Virus record (IMG/VR): IMGVR_UViG_3300027987_000212
Location: 96,001 to 160,000 of that record
Length of the DNA stretch: 64,000 nucleotides
Direction: 5' to 3' (one strand)
From: a virus
Each line of letters opens with the position of its first letter. Position 1 is the first letter of the stretch. The notes under the pieces are model-generated. The model saw only the letters and a list, made by a program, of their open reading frames with translations. It was not told the DNA's origin and made no database searches. Position numbers and translations under genes: made by a program. Below, one piece after another: positions 11,101 to 18,860 of this stretch.

Positions 11101-11691
11101 CTTCTCGGTGAACTGCTTGGCATCACGCACACCTTGGTCCATGCCCATACGACCCATGTTGGTCGCAAGTCGTCCTAGTTCCTCGAAGCCCACCATTTCC
11201 CCCGCCTGCCCAGACTCCGTACTCATCTGGCGGAGAGACCCGCCAATGTCGCTCAGCTGCCCACGCGTGAACCCGTAACCGCCCTGCGGATTCGAGAACT
11301 GGTAGGTAGAGCGCATCAAGCCGTTGAACTGTTGCTGGCCTCGAGCACCTTCAAGCATCTGCCCGCCCGTATACGTCAGACCTGCCAAGGCGCCACTGGC
11401 TAAACCAAAAGCACCTAGCCCTGCTGCCCCCGCACCAAGTGCACCAAATCGGGAGCCGCCCATACCAGCCTTCAAGGCTAAAGACATGGGGTCCAGCCCA
11501 GCCATACCAAGACCCAAGGCCATGCCGGGGCCGGCAACGGCCGAGCCCACGTTGAGGGCGCGACCAACAACCCCCTCCGCCTCCGAGGCGCCACTCTGCG
11601 GCACGTTCAGCATTGAAGCGTGCTGCATTTGCATCATGTACTGTTGTTGGAAAGCCCCGCCCATCTGGGCAATCTCAGCCGAGGAAATCAC
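8113..11691 (-). CDS. Tail tape measure protein
   Basis: 1192 aa, Gly/Ala-rich and helical, with an N-proximal hydrophobic Gly-rich segment, upstream of baseplate genes. Confidence 0.75.
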   Translation of the reverse strand: MISSAEIAQMGGAFQQQYMMQMQHASMLNVPQSGASEAEGVVGRALNVGSAVAGPGMALGLGMAGLDPMSLALKAGMGGSRFGALGAGAAGLGAFGLASGALAGLTYTGGQMLEGARGQQQFNGLMRSTYQFSNPQGGYGFTRGQLSDIGGSLRQMSTESGQAGEMVGFEELGRLATNMGRMGMDQGVRDAKQFTEKFRTMVKSLKEIASEMGTSLEEAQKMMSEMRSSGVFGNQQATSFARKIRSGARAGGLATSELTGMMNIGSQISRSIGGLGSAGAQAGLETMTNIGVAQQAGALSEEDIYNATGLAGAEGRRALATQQLSSTAQFLKGGLGRRFLASVAGKGGRLNEGDVEEYMSGGVGTERTRQMWQKNMSKVGRADFIRNEGRLRGAAMERFGGLLPAMVMKNWLDERGMNLDEGNDRSMIFMQRRLGLGRDEADVMMKQIQALPAMLEQRKQSATDEDFAQKLKQRQSHTGIEGLKHKFEKARADVQATLQQVGADFYTDMSGLVEGTINKLTGNYVKELRRDVSRAYETGMKGGATGAEAMRRTLGVGGSLFGGGGRGADFGLGGKARTDLESFREVDADRYQAAGYNLGTSRTNAELQRGLDMVRGVSTAFQTGGSELRGRADVAKLGAEAGDDLRRQFALGAVEGKGMQRLSSFGGALGRLAQDKGGQFSKLEERYRKAGAEERAQIMATLTESAGIEGESSMFASPEMQGIYGSSNFSTVGERDSAVGSALFGTSGQGRTMRFMTQTLGLRGLASAMGGGKYADRGLSEKAVRGAGEYLASDEGRDYALRALDQNEGVRREARASIEKELTRLQRKGELTDQEEGRKGALQSMIFAQELGGAGSPQEQRAVAQRLAKESGLTADEVSRRARGIGGVAAAGQESARAEAAERYGAAAREQVDTMRRGGVLQRNAETGKLQLSTDVSDRMASIGFRGNDRQTAAQQFLESTTVRKGLEAKLGTAGQTDSERSAIFGQIQKMVGLEQDELSGMSVDEKRRMAAALQGTAGTGDIRSTLLGQASLQARIERGSKRGKGGGIAAIASALGTGLDTKDIQSMVKQGRSASDIATALAESSGVSMQGGVGEDLTKAIESTMKGESGTAASRITAVAGKFQEAQTKQKLARQEEENPLDRERNKKLDELKTAIEKSGKSVASAVMDTWQKTSNAEANAGGGFLGGLLG

Positions 11692-11697
11692 GACCGT

Positions 11698-11706
11698 ACT
11701 CTACCA
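11698..11706 (-). promoter_or_regulatory. Candidate extended -10 element (TGgTAGAGT) 6 nt before the SD-less GTG start of the tape measure gene
   Basis: Minus strand reads CTCGTGG-TAGAGT-ACGGTC-GTG. Confidence 0.4.
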
Positions 11707-11718
11707 CGAGTACCCGCG

Positions 11719-11746
11719 GCAAAAAGACCGAACAGCGGGGATAAGA
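11719..11746 (+). promoter_or_regulatory. Putative phage promoter motif, copy 1 (GCAA...GGGATAAGA)
   Basis: One of five intergenic copies, all preceding plus-strand units. Spacer is 1 nt shorter than in the other four. Confidence 0.55.
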
Positions 11747-11747
11747 A

Positions 11748-11869
11748 CAGTGGACGGTATGCCTACCCCAGTGGCTGGGGCAGGAGGCTTCTCTCGGTTG
11801 CTCCTAGGGAGTCCAGACCTTGTCCACTGAAGTGCTGCTCAGCTCAGGGCTACTGGGTAGCACTTCTTT
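11748..11869 (+). ncRNA. Candidate structured small RNA or leader with a terminal terminator-like hairpin
   Basis: CAGTGGAC(11748-55) pairs with GTCCACTG(11822-29), with an internal hairpin at 11762-84. A 14-bp stem 11829-42/11853-66 is followed by TTT. Flanked by two promoter-motif copies; no convincing gene. Confidence 0.45.
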
Positions 11870-11875
11870 AGCCAC

Positions 11876-11904
11876 GCAATTGCCGAGCTACTTCCGGGAT
11901 AAGA
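11876..11904 (+). promoter_or_regulatory. Putative phage promoter motif, copy 2
   Basis: GCAA-N16-GGGATAAGA, then AAAGGAG SD and ATG at 11928. Confidence 0.6.
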
Positions 11905-11927
11905 ACTACGAAAGGAGCAACCACAAC

Positions 11928-12164
11928 ATGTTACTACAAGTTGGCGCACTGTACGCGGGCATACGTGCAGCAACCTACGTTATCGAGCGGGTACTACTAC
12001 CTCTGAAAGGAATCAAGAGAGACGGGAGCACGACATTCGTAGAACGAACCATACTGGTGACGGCAGAGGAAGACCAGCGACTCAACGACGGTCCCTGGGG
12101 GGCTGTCCTCCGCGCAGGAGCGCAGCGCGCAGCAGACTATGCTGCCGTTAAGGGGGACGCGTGA
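11928..12164 (+). CDS. Hypothetical protein (start revised to ATG 11928)
   Basis: Strong SD at 11911-17. Hydrophobic N-terminus. Confidence 0.7.
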   Translation: MLLQVGALYAGIRAATYVIERVLLPLKGIKRDGSTTFVERTILVTAEEDQRLNDGPWGAVLRAGAQRAADYAAVKGDA

Positions 12165-12556
12165 ACGAGAACAGTACAGCCACTACTGACGACTCAGGCG
12201 AAGGACGGGCACGCCCCCCGAGAAAGTCTGCGGAACCGCTCACTCACAGCCCCTTCGCAAACATCCACGATGTACTGCGCAAAAACGGACTTCGCCCACC
12301 GCGCATCATCAGTACACCCCCACCAAGTCAACCCGTCCGGAGAACACTCAACATGATGGACCACACCATTCACACAGTCCACGCCCCAACAAACACAGAC
12401 CAAGAATCCTTGCCCGAAGTTCCCGAACCTGCCGGGCGCGTGCGCATCTTCAACAACGCAACGACACGCAAAGTGCTCATCACAACACTCTCAGTAGGAT
12501 GTCTCGCAGTTATCGCTTTCGGTGTGCGTCAGTTACTTCGTAGAGGTGGTGGATGA
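12161..12556 (+). CDS. Hypothetical membrane-anchored protein
   Basis: Pro-rich N-terminus and C-terminal TM VLITTLSVGCLAVIAFGV followed by RQLLRR. GTGA overlap. Confidence 0.7.
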   Translation: MNENSTATTDDSGEGRARPPRKSAEPLTHSPFANIHDVLRKNGLRPPRIISTPPPSQPVRRTLNMMDHTIHTVHAPTNTDQESLPEVPEPAGRVRIFNNATTRKVLITTLSVGCLAVIAFGVRQLLRRGGG

Positions 12557-13179
12557 ACTGCTACACCATCTACGAAGCAGCGGCTGAGGGCATCCGCGTC
12601 ACCCACGCTGAGGAAGGGTCCTATGTCGCGGTAGGCTCCGTCCGAGTGCCAGTGAGTGCGGATATACATGAGGCTGTCTCAGAGGTCATGCAAACAGCAC
12701 GACAGCAGCTAGCAGAGCACGCTGAGGAAATGGGGGTTGACCAGGTAGAAGCGTGTCACGCTCTTCTGCGCGCAAACTGGGTGCTGCTGCCTCATGCGCG
12801 CGTCAACAACGGAGTCATCTGCCGAAGGGGCTCCGACCGAGCTAATCGACGTAGCGCACTCGTACAAGTTGACGTAGGTGTCGGTGCCGGCGCCAATGGC
12901 CGGGTCTACTACAACGCGCGTACCTACCGCGAGCAGCTGCGTGGAGAAGGCCCGAGCGCCCACGTCGATATCCAGTACGACCAATTCCCCCCTCCGGGAA
13001 TCGAGGTACTGGCAGAAGATGGGCACTCGAAGCTCATCATCATGCGTCCACAGAGCGGGTTCAGGATTGTCCGGGCAGGTTTGCTCGAGGACGCGCCGCC
13101 GCGCCTTCTGACGACTTGGACGGGCTCAAACCTGTGGGTGCGGGGCGAGTACCCGCAGCGTCGCCGAGACGCGGCGTAG
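12553..13179 (+). CDS. Hypothetical protein
   Basis: ATGA overlap with GAGGTGG SD. Globular composition. Confidence 0.75.
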   Translation: MNCYTIYEAAAEGIRVTHAEEGSYVAVGSVRVPVSADIHEAVSEVMQTARQQLAEHAEEMGVDQVEACHALLRANWVLLPHARVNNGVICRRGSDRANRRSALVQVDVGVGAGANGRVYYNARTYREQLRGEGPSAHVDIQYDQFPPPGIEVLAEDGHSKLIIMRPQSGFRIVRAGLLEDAPPRLLTTWTGSNLWVRGEYPQRRRDAA

Positions 13180-13492
13180 TGGTTGGGGAGGGGGGTGAGC
13201 TACCCTCCTCCTCTTTAGCCGCCTGTTCCGGGCCTGTGCTCCCACCCTTCTTTCGCGGCTTGCGGGTAGTTGCATCTTTTACGCAACGGATAGCCTTGAT
13301 GTAGTTCTTGATGGCCTTCTCGCACTTCTCGCAGACGACACCAAACGAGATTGTCGTCGTTACCCGTTTACCATCTACCCCAAGCTCCGAGCTCGTAAAC
13401 TCGGCGTCCAGCATGGCGGTTTCTTCATCCTTGTCTTGGAACCACTTTCGGCGGCATCGGTCACACTGGTACTCAACTACTGGGCGTTTCAT
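13061..13492 (-). CDS. Zn-ribbon protein (CDRC...CEKC), start revised to ATG 13492
   Basis: Two CxxC pairs. Low-complexity C-tail overlaps the convergent gene. Confidence 0.7.
   Translation of the reverse strand: MKRPVVEYQCDRCRRKWFQDKDEETAMLDAEFTSSELGVDGKRVTTTISFGVVCEKCEKAIKNYIKAIRCVKDATTRKPRKKGGSTGPEQAAKEEEGSSPPSPTTTPRLGDAAGTRPAPTGLSPSKSSEGAAARPRANLPGQS
13185..13216 (+). terminator. Candidate intrinsic terminator of the plus-strand trio
   Basis: About 12-bp G/C stem (13185-96/13202-13) followed by TTT, just after the 13179 stop. Lies inside an antisense CDS. Confidence 0.35.
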
Positions 13493-13721
13493 GGCGGTCC
13501 TCCATCGTACTTGCGGCGGTCGAGTGAGTCTTCCACCAAATGTAGGTCTTGAGCATGGCCACCTCAGGCCCAATGAGGGGACTGTCCCCAACCTTGCTTT
13601 GGAAGAAGTCATTGAACGCTGCTAGGTCTTGGTTTACCCAAACCTCCAGCTCAGGACCGGGTATACTCGCTACAGGTACCTCAGTACCATCATCCTCAAA
13701 AACCTTCACTACTAGTCGCAT
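13473..13721 (-). CDS. Hypothetical protein
   Basis: Protein-like, in series with the downstream gene. Confidence 0.7.
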   Translation of the reverse strand: MRLVVKVFEDDGTEVPVASIPGPELEVWVNQDLAAFNDFFQSKVGDSPLIGPEVAMLKTYIWWKTHSTAASTMEDRHETPSS

Positions 13722-13742
13722 CCTGTACTAGTACCCCGTAGC

Positions 13743-14186
13743 ATGCAACACGGCAAGACCATGCGGGCACTAACGACCCAAGACGCCACTGAACTCGCTC
13801 AATTGGAGATACGGCTGTTTCCAGACAACTGCCTCAACGAGACAACCCTAAGAAATGAGATATCCCGTGGGGTTGGTTGGGCCATACTCGACAACCAAGG
13901 ACAACTAGCTGGATATGCGCTAGGCGTGTTCAGCGAAGCAAGCCAACTGTTTGACCTACTTCGACTAGGGGTCGTACCTGGGCACCGCCGACAAGGGCAC
14001 GGTCGCGCGCTGCTGCGCGCAGCCACTACAAGCTTCCCGAGGTGCATGCTTACCGTAGCTGCAGAGAACCAGGCGGCGCGCACACTTTACCACAACGAAG
14101 GGTTCAAACTACTGGGCGTACTACCAAGCGGGGCACTCCTGTTGTGGGTCACTTCATCGACACCAGCCGGTACTGCTTCCCGCTAG
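13743..14186 (+). CDS. RimI-like GNAT acetyltransferase
   Basis: LLRLGVVPGHRRQGHGRALL (motif A, R/Q-x-x-G-x-G/A) and LTVAAENQAARTLYHNEGF (motif B). Confidence 0.85.
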   Translation: MQHGKTMRALTTQDATELAQLEIRLFPDNCLNETTLRNEISRGVGWAILDNQGQLAGYALGVFSEASQLFDLLRLGVVPGHRRQGHGRALLRAATTSFPRCMLTVAAENQAARTLYHNEGFKLLGVLPSGALLLWVTSSTPAGTASR

Positions 14187-14367
14187 TGGTGCGATGCACA
14201 GTCGTGCCGTTTGGGAGGGTAACTACCTGGGTCGCCTGACCGTTACCTGGTAGCAACAGCTTTCCCACGTTGTTCCCCCCACGCAGCACCGCGGTACCAT
14301 CTTGTAGCTTACGCACTGGCTTCCTTCGAGTCTCCATAGTCTCCTCCAAACGTTCTAACGGTGTCAT
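14149..14367 (-). CDS. Hypothetical protein
   Basis: 72 aa. TGgTACAGT -10-like element 5 nt before the ATG. Confidence 0.6.
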   Translation of the reverse strand: MTPLERLEETMETRRKPVRKLQDGTAVLRGGNNVGKLLLPGNGQATQVVTLPNGTTVHRTTSGKQYRLVSMK

Positions 14368-14701
14368 CTTCTACTGTACCAGACAGCGCAAGAGTGGCTA
14401 GGCGCTCCTCCGTGGGGTGACCCGCAAGCCACGCTTTGCGCGCCGCATCGTTGTCGAGTAGCTCGTCGCACTCCTTGTAGTATTGGAGAATCAACTCGTC
14501 GGTAACACCTGGGAGGCCGCAGACGACCTTACGCAGCACAAGCAGGTGTCTGTCGTTTATCTGCAGTGCACTCTGCAGTACTCGAGCAAGGTGCCTATTC
14601 TCAGCCTCCAGTGCGTCGAGGCGTGCCCTTACGCCGGGGGCGGGGTCCCCTACTGGTTTGGTTGGTTTGCGGCGGGACTTCTTGGATGGGTGCTGGGTCA
14701 T
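14309..14701 (-). CDS. Hypothetical coiled-coil protein
   Basis: RARLDALEAENRHLARVLQ heptads. Confidence 0.65.
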   Translation of the reverse strand: MTQHPSKKSRRKPTKPVGDPAPGVRARLDALEAENRHLARVLQSALQINDRHLLVLRKVVCGLPGVTDELILQYYKECDELLDNDAARKAWLAGHPTEERLATLALSGTVEDDTVRTFGGDYGDSKEASA

Positions 14702-14954
14702 CTTTCCTCATGAACGCAAAGTTCCTCATCTCGTGCTCTAGCTCTATACGCTGCTTGGCCAGCACCTCTAGGTACTGTTCGAAAGCAACCTCTGGCACGG
14801 AAGAGTCGACTTGTAGAACTTCCTGGCAAACTAGTCGCTGCGGCGCCATGCCGGAAGCATCCGGCAAGAATCGATGATGTAGCAAAGTCATCACCTCCTC
14901 GATGATGGCTTTTCGGTAAGCGAGCGCGGCGTACTCGGGGTCTGTGTGCATCAT
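14601..14954 (-). CDS. Hypothetical protein
   Basis: ATGA overlap with the upstream gene. Helical core. Confidence 0.65.
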   Translation of the reverse strand: MMHTDPEYAALAYRKAIIEEVMTLLHHRFLPDASGMAPQRLVCQEVLQVDSSVPEVAFEQYLEVLAKQRIELEHEMRNFAFMRKDDPAPIQEVPPQTNQTSRGPRPRRKGTPRRTGG

Positions 14955-15607
14955 GCCCTCAGAAACGCCAGGATGCGACCGTACAAGTCAGCCCCGGCAG
15001 AAGTGTCCTTGATGATGTTGGCCAGCGGGTAGATAGACGTAATCCGCTTGCCCCGTACACCGTTCATCAACTCCCCGCCCTTGAAATGCTCCCGCTCCTT
15101 AGTGGTAGCCCTGACAAGCGATTGAGGGTGGTACTTCAGTACTAGGTCTGCGTTGCAGCCTAGCTGATGGTAGTACTTGAGTAAGACCGTTGCCCAGTTC
15201 TGTGTAGTCAGCACAAAGAGCAGCTGACCAATCCCCTGCTCTCCAGGCCATACTTGGCCACAGGCAGAGCATACTAGGTTGCCGAGCACATGACCCTCAC
15301 TACCGATAAACGCGGAGCAGTCATTCTTGTTCAAGTGCTTACCCGGGCAGAGGTGCATCATGGCGTCCCCGCCCCCATGCAGCTTCGACCCGCTCTCCCA
15401 AAAGGTTAGGCACCCTGGAGAAGGTCCGTACGCCGCACGTCGGTGACCAAGAAGAAGCTCCACCTTGTACCGAGCTTTGCCTGCTTCCTGGAATATCTTA
15501 TCCAGGGCCTTCTTACGCCCCTCTATGGCAGCCTGCTCGTCCTCAGACAACACCCCTTGAAGATAGGGGTTCCCCAAGTCCTCGAATGCAGTAGCCTTGA
15601 CCTTCAT
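14951..15607 (-). CDS. Hypothetical protein with Cys cluster (putative Zn-binding)
   Basis: HLCPG...DC...LVCSACGQ. Confidence 0.75.
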   Translation of the reverse strand: MKVKATAFEDLGNPYLQGVLSEDEQAAIEGRKKALDKIFQEAGKARYKVELLLGHRRAAYGPSPGCLTFWESGSKLHGGGDAMMHLCPGKHLNKNDCSAFIGSEGHVLGNLVCSACGQVWPGEQGIGQLLFVLTTQNWATVLLKYYHQLGCNADLVLKYHPQSLVRATTKEREHFKGGELMNGVRGKRITSIYPLANIIKDTSAGADLYGRILAFLRA

Positions 15608-16071
15608 CGCGCACTCCGCGGACGAAACTGCGCACCGACCACTGCCTCCTCTATCGGTACCGCCCCTTTTCCGTTAGCTCCTTGGTTGCGTAACGCAGAC
15701 CCATACAAGGGGGCTTCTGTTACTTGCACTGACTCCGGGTTGTGGCTGAGGTACGTCTGCATCCAAGCTTGGTAGATATCGAAAGCCCCCTCCTTGGTCA
15801 GCTCCTTGCTCTGCAGTATCACGCGCCAAGTGAAGTACAACCCGCCTCGACGAAAGTACTGCTTGGAGATGTCTACGGACCAGTCAGCCCCCTCCGCTGC
15901 CTCGAGAGCAGCGTCTACCAAGCTCAACCATACCGTCGTCGTAGGCGCTCCCAAAGGCACCCTTCCAGTGAACCGGACACGTCCAGAGCTGATACTTTCC
16001 GAAGTTACCTCGAACTGACACCTGTTGCGCAGAAAGGTGTACAAGGGTGCAAACAACGTCTCTTGGCTCAT
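15604..16071 (-). CDS. Hypothetical protein (start revised to ATG 16071)
   Basis: ATGA overlap with the upstream stop and GAGGA SD. Confidence 0.7.
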   Translation of the reverse strand: MSQETLFAPLYTFLRNRCQFEVTSESISSGRVRFTGRVPLGAPTTTVWLSLVDAALEAAEGADWSVDISKQYFRRGGLYFTWRVILQSKELTKEGAFDIYQAWMQTYLSHNPESVQVTEAPLYGSALRNQGANGKGAVPIEEAVVGAQFRPRSAR

Positions 16072-16532
16072 TCCGTCCTCGCAACAGTGCAAACGATGAA
16101 CGCCTTGTTGGCACCAAACCACAAGTCGCGTACATCTGAGAAGTACACGCGGTCTTGTCCCGTGGGAATCAGGTAGGTAGCGGGGTCCAATAACAGGTCC
16201 CGGATGGGCTCATCACGCCAAGGTAGCACGTATTCCCCGAGGGGCGTGCGGCAGAAGTAGACCTCGACGTACTGGCGGGCATCCCCCACATGCCAGTACA
16301 GTCGACCTTTCTCTTGGTGCCGTAGGTAATGCTGGACGATGTCCAAGTCCGTATCGCGCATCTCCACGACATCCCCACCTTCTACGGCTTCGCGCAATCG
16401 AGCGACGATAACCTCCGGGTCGGAGAGCGTTTCACTTGGGTTAGTGGCCGGCACTAAGCGCCACTTGCGCATTTGCTCGACCAAAGCCTCCGGAAGTAAC
16501 TGGGCGGCAAGCACTACGTCTGTTCTGGACAT
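16068..16532 (-). CDS. Hypothetical protein
   Basis: GGAGG SD, tight operon packing. Confidence 0.75.
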   Translation of the reverse strand: MSRTDVVLAAQLLPEALVEQMRKWRLVPATNPSETLSDPEVIVARLREAVEGGDVVEMRDTDLDIVQHYLRHQEKGRLYWHVGDARQYVEVYFCRTPLGEYVLPWRDEPIRDLLLDPATYLIPTGQDRVYFSDVRDLWFGANKAFIVCTVARTE

Positions 16533-17104
16533 TACACACCTCCTTGCGTCTGCCTGAACTTAGGCAAGCACGCTTCCGTAGAAATCTTGAAGAACTGCGT
16601 GCATTCGACTAGCTCACCCCCACGCTTGGGTGCCGTACCCAATAGCAGCATCCCTGGAGAAATATCCGCGTCGAACAACAGAGGGTACCCCAGCAAACTT
16701 GTAGCCGAAGTACGTTCCGTGAACCAAGGCAGATTCAGCCAAGTTTCCAGCTCCTTCAAGTCGTGCAGCACCCATACGGCTGGATGGGAGCCTTCCCGAG
16801 TTACCTCTCCCAGCAGCCAAAGCAGCAACTCCGCGGGAGACAACGACTCGACATCCCGCACCTCCGTAATTGGGCTGTTCCGAATCAGGTCGTACGGAGC
16901 CAATCCCTGAAAGTTAACAACCACATCCTCGGGCTCCTCAGCTCCCTCTAGTACTAGACGCGTGTACTGAACAGCGCCTCTAGCATCGATAGTTACCTTC
17001 TGCAGACGCGGTAAGCGCAGCAATGTCTCTATCGTCCGCAGAAACCCCGCTACCCCTGTCTTAGGAGGTACCTGTACCGTCGATTCAACTAGGCGCTCCA
17101 TCAT
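16532..17104 (-). CDS. Hypothetical protein
   Basis: Tight operon packing. Confidence 0.7.
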   Translation of the reverse strand: MMERLVESTVQVPPKTGVAGFLRTIETLLRLPRLQKVTIDARGAVQYTRLVLEGAEEPEDVVVNFQGLAPYDLIRNSPITEVRDVESLSPAELLLWLLGEVTREGSHPAVWVLHDLKELETWLNLPWFTERTSATSLLGYPLLFDADISPGMLLLGTAPKRGGELVECTQFFKISTEACLPKFRQTQGGV

Positions 17105-17271
17105 GCTTGCTCCGCCTCAACCCGGGCTGCTTCCAGCTCGCGTTGCTTCAGCGATACCAAGTACGCCGTGACCAATGTAGTCACGTCTGTCTTCCTCTCA
17201 GCAGCGTACTCCTTCGCCCACTGCTTCAGGTCGGCATCAATGCGCAACGCGAGCCTCTCTACTTTAGCCAT
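17101..17271 (-). CDS. Ribbon-helix-helix DNA-binding protein (56 aa, below ORF-track cutoff)
   Basis: Hand translation MAKVERLALRIDADLKQWAKEYAAERKTDVTTLVTAYLVSLKQRE shows an RHH strand-helix-helix pattern and fills the gap exactly. Confidence 0.75.
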   Translation of the reverse strand: MAKVERLALRIDADLKQWAKEYAAERKTDVTTLVTAYLVSLKQRELEAARVEAEQA

Positions 17272-17512
17272 CGACGTACTTCACCCCATCCAAGTAGTCC
17301 CGCAAACCAGCGAGCGGGAAACGAGTAGCCAAGTACTCGATGACCTCCTCATGCATGGCATCCAGCTCTTCGGAGGTACGCCCAACAAACCGCTCGCTCA
17401 GAGTCTTCTCCATGTCGCGCTTGAGTGTTGCGTTCAACCCTATCCAGGTGGGCAGCCACATGTAGTTCAAGGCGAGCACACCGTTGTCATCGAAGTGAAC
17501 AAAGCGCATCAC
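17264..17512 (-). CDS. Hypothetical protein
   Basis: Overlapping start/stop junctions in the operon. Confidence 0.7.
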   Translation of the reverse strand: MMRFVHFDDNGVLALNYMWLPTWIGLNATLKRDMEKTLSERFVGRTSEELDAMHEEVIEYLATRFPLAGLRDYLDGVKYVDG

Positions 17513-17874
17513 GAAAACCTGGTAGTACAGTCATCAGAAAGTTCTAGCAACACGTCGGTCTCTCGAATGAGCACCTCACCGTCCCGTAGGTGATGAAGCA
17601 GCAGCGCACCGTTCTTGGTCTGCACAGCTGCTGCTGGAAACAGCACACGTACACCGGGCGTCGCCTGTGTCGGGATGAAGCGCTTCTCGCGCGAGTACCA
17701 GCGACCCGGCCCAACTTGAGTAACGCGCCCCACGTAGAACCGCACTGATGCGTAGGTGTCTGGGATGACTATGCCACCCGCAGTTTTTTCGGGCACCTCC
17801 TCAAGCTCTACGAGGAGCCAATCATTCAGCAGTTTCTTCAGCTGAGGCACTGGTTTCTCCTGGCTCGAAGACAT
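17509..17874 (-). CDS. groES: GroES/Cpn10-like co-chaperonin
   Basis: LKKLLNDWLLVELEEVPEKTAGGIVIP (mobile loop), GRVTQVGPG, PGVRVLF and LIRETDVL. Confidence 0.85.
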   Translation of the reverse strand: MSSSQEKPVPQLKKLLNDWLLVELEEVPEKTAGGIVIPDTYASVRFYVGRVTQVGPGRWYSREKRFIPTQATPGVRVLFPAAAVQTKNGALLLHHLRDGEVLIRETDVLLELSDDCTTRFS

Positions 17875-18229
17875 CTACCGCATCCCTGGGCGGGGCCACC
17901 GGCACTCCGTCCAGCTGCCGCTGCTTGCCCTGCTGTGCCTCGAGTACGCTCGTGAACTCCTTCTGGAACCACTCCCGCGCTCCCGTGAGCTGCTTAGACC
18001 ACTCCTCATGGCTGGGCGGAAAGTACACCTTCCCTCCGATGACAAGCACCACTGTGTTGTGTAGCACGCCGCTATCATCCGTATGTTGCACCGCGTAGTA
18101 CTTCAGCGGGGCTACTTGTAGTACACGACGCGGCTGCCCCGTAGGCGCATTGTCGTCGAATCCCTCTCCTACTGGATTGTTGAGGCGTACTCCACCTGCG
18201 CGAGCTGAATTACTTGCAAAGTTCTGCAT
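17822..18229 (-). CDS. Hypothetical protein
   Basis: Protein-like core. Start uncertain. Confidence 0.6.
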   Translation of the reverse strand: MQNFASNSARAGGVRLNNPVGEGFDDNAPTGQPRRVLQVAPLKYYAVQHTDDSGVLHNTVVLVIGGKVYFPPSHEEWSKQLTGAREWFQKEFTSVLEAQQGKQRQLDGVPVAPPRDAVDVFEPGETSASAEETAE

Positions 18230-18860
18230 TGTCTTTCTCCTGTTCGTACTGTTCGTACCTAGCTAACAACGTGTCCAGGGTTACCCAGCCCCCTAAGCCA
18301 TGCAGGTAAAACCTCGAGCTACCCGACTGCAGCAGTTGCTGCGTAGGAATCTTGCCCCAAGCTAGCCCAACCAAAGACTCCTCAACCAGCATTGGCACCT
18401 GCGCGGCGTCCAACCATCGCCCGGTATAGGGGTCTTCCACTAGCCCTGCCCGTACACGGACTAGTACATGCTCCCCCACCGCGCACGCAACCGTATCCAA
18501 TCCTGTACGGAGCTGCAGTGCAACCGTAGACGTAGCTTGAACGCGACTGTTAACCATGACCACGCGTGGCGCTGGAGACATCGCCCGAATGAACTCCGCT
18601 ACGTCCTTGCGTAGTAGCTGAAACAGCTCCTGCCCTAAAGGTCGGCGAAAATCTCCTTGGACGTACTGCATCAGACCGGATTGTCTGCTTACTGTGAAGG
18701 CTCGTTCAGCATCTGTCTCAATGACCCGCTGAGAGAAGTGGCGCATCATGGTCTCATACGGGACCCCAAACACCGGCTTACCTGCCTCCCCGTCGACTTC
18801 TATCGCGTAAGACCACAGTTCATGCGGAGCACTCGCGTAGTACAGCGTAACCTCAGCCAC
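18210..18860 (-). CDS. Hypothetical protein
   Basis: GGAGGT SD, operon packing. Confidence 0.7.
   Translation of the reverse strand: MAEVTLYYASAPHELWSYAIEVDGEAGKPVFGVPYETMMRHFSQRVIETDAERAFTVSRQSGLMQYVQGDFRRPLGQELFQLLRKDVAEFIRAMSPAPRVVMVNSRVQATSTVALQLRTGLDTVACAVGEHVLVRVRAGLVEDPYTGRWLDAAQVPMLVEESLVGLAWGKIPTQQLLQSGSSRFYLHGLGGWVTLDTLLARYEQYEQEKDNAELCK

Noticed and set aside
17770-17800. KTAG in the GroES-like protein as a KxA processing site
   Set aside because: It is the native GroES mobile-loop sequence.
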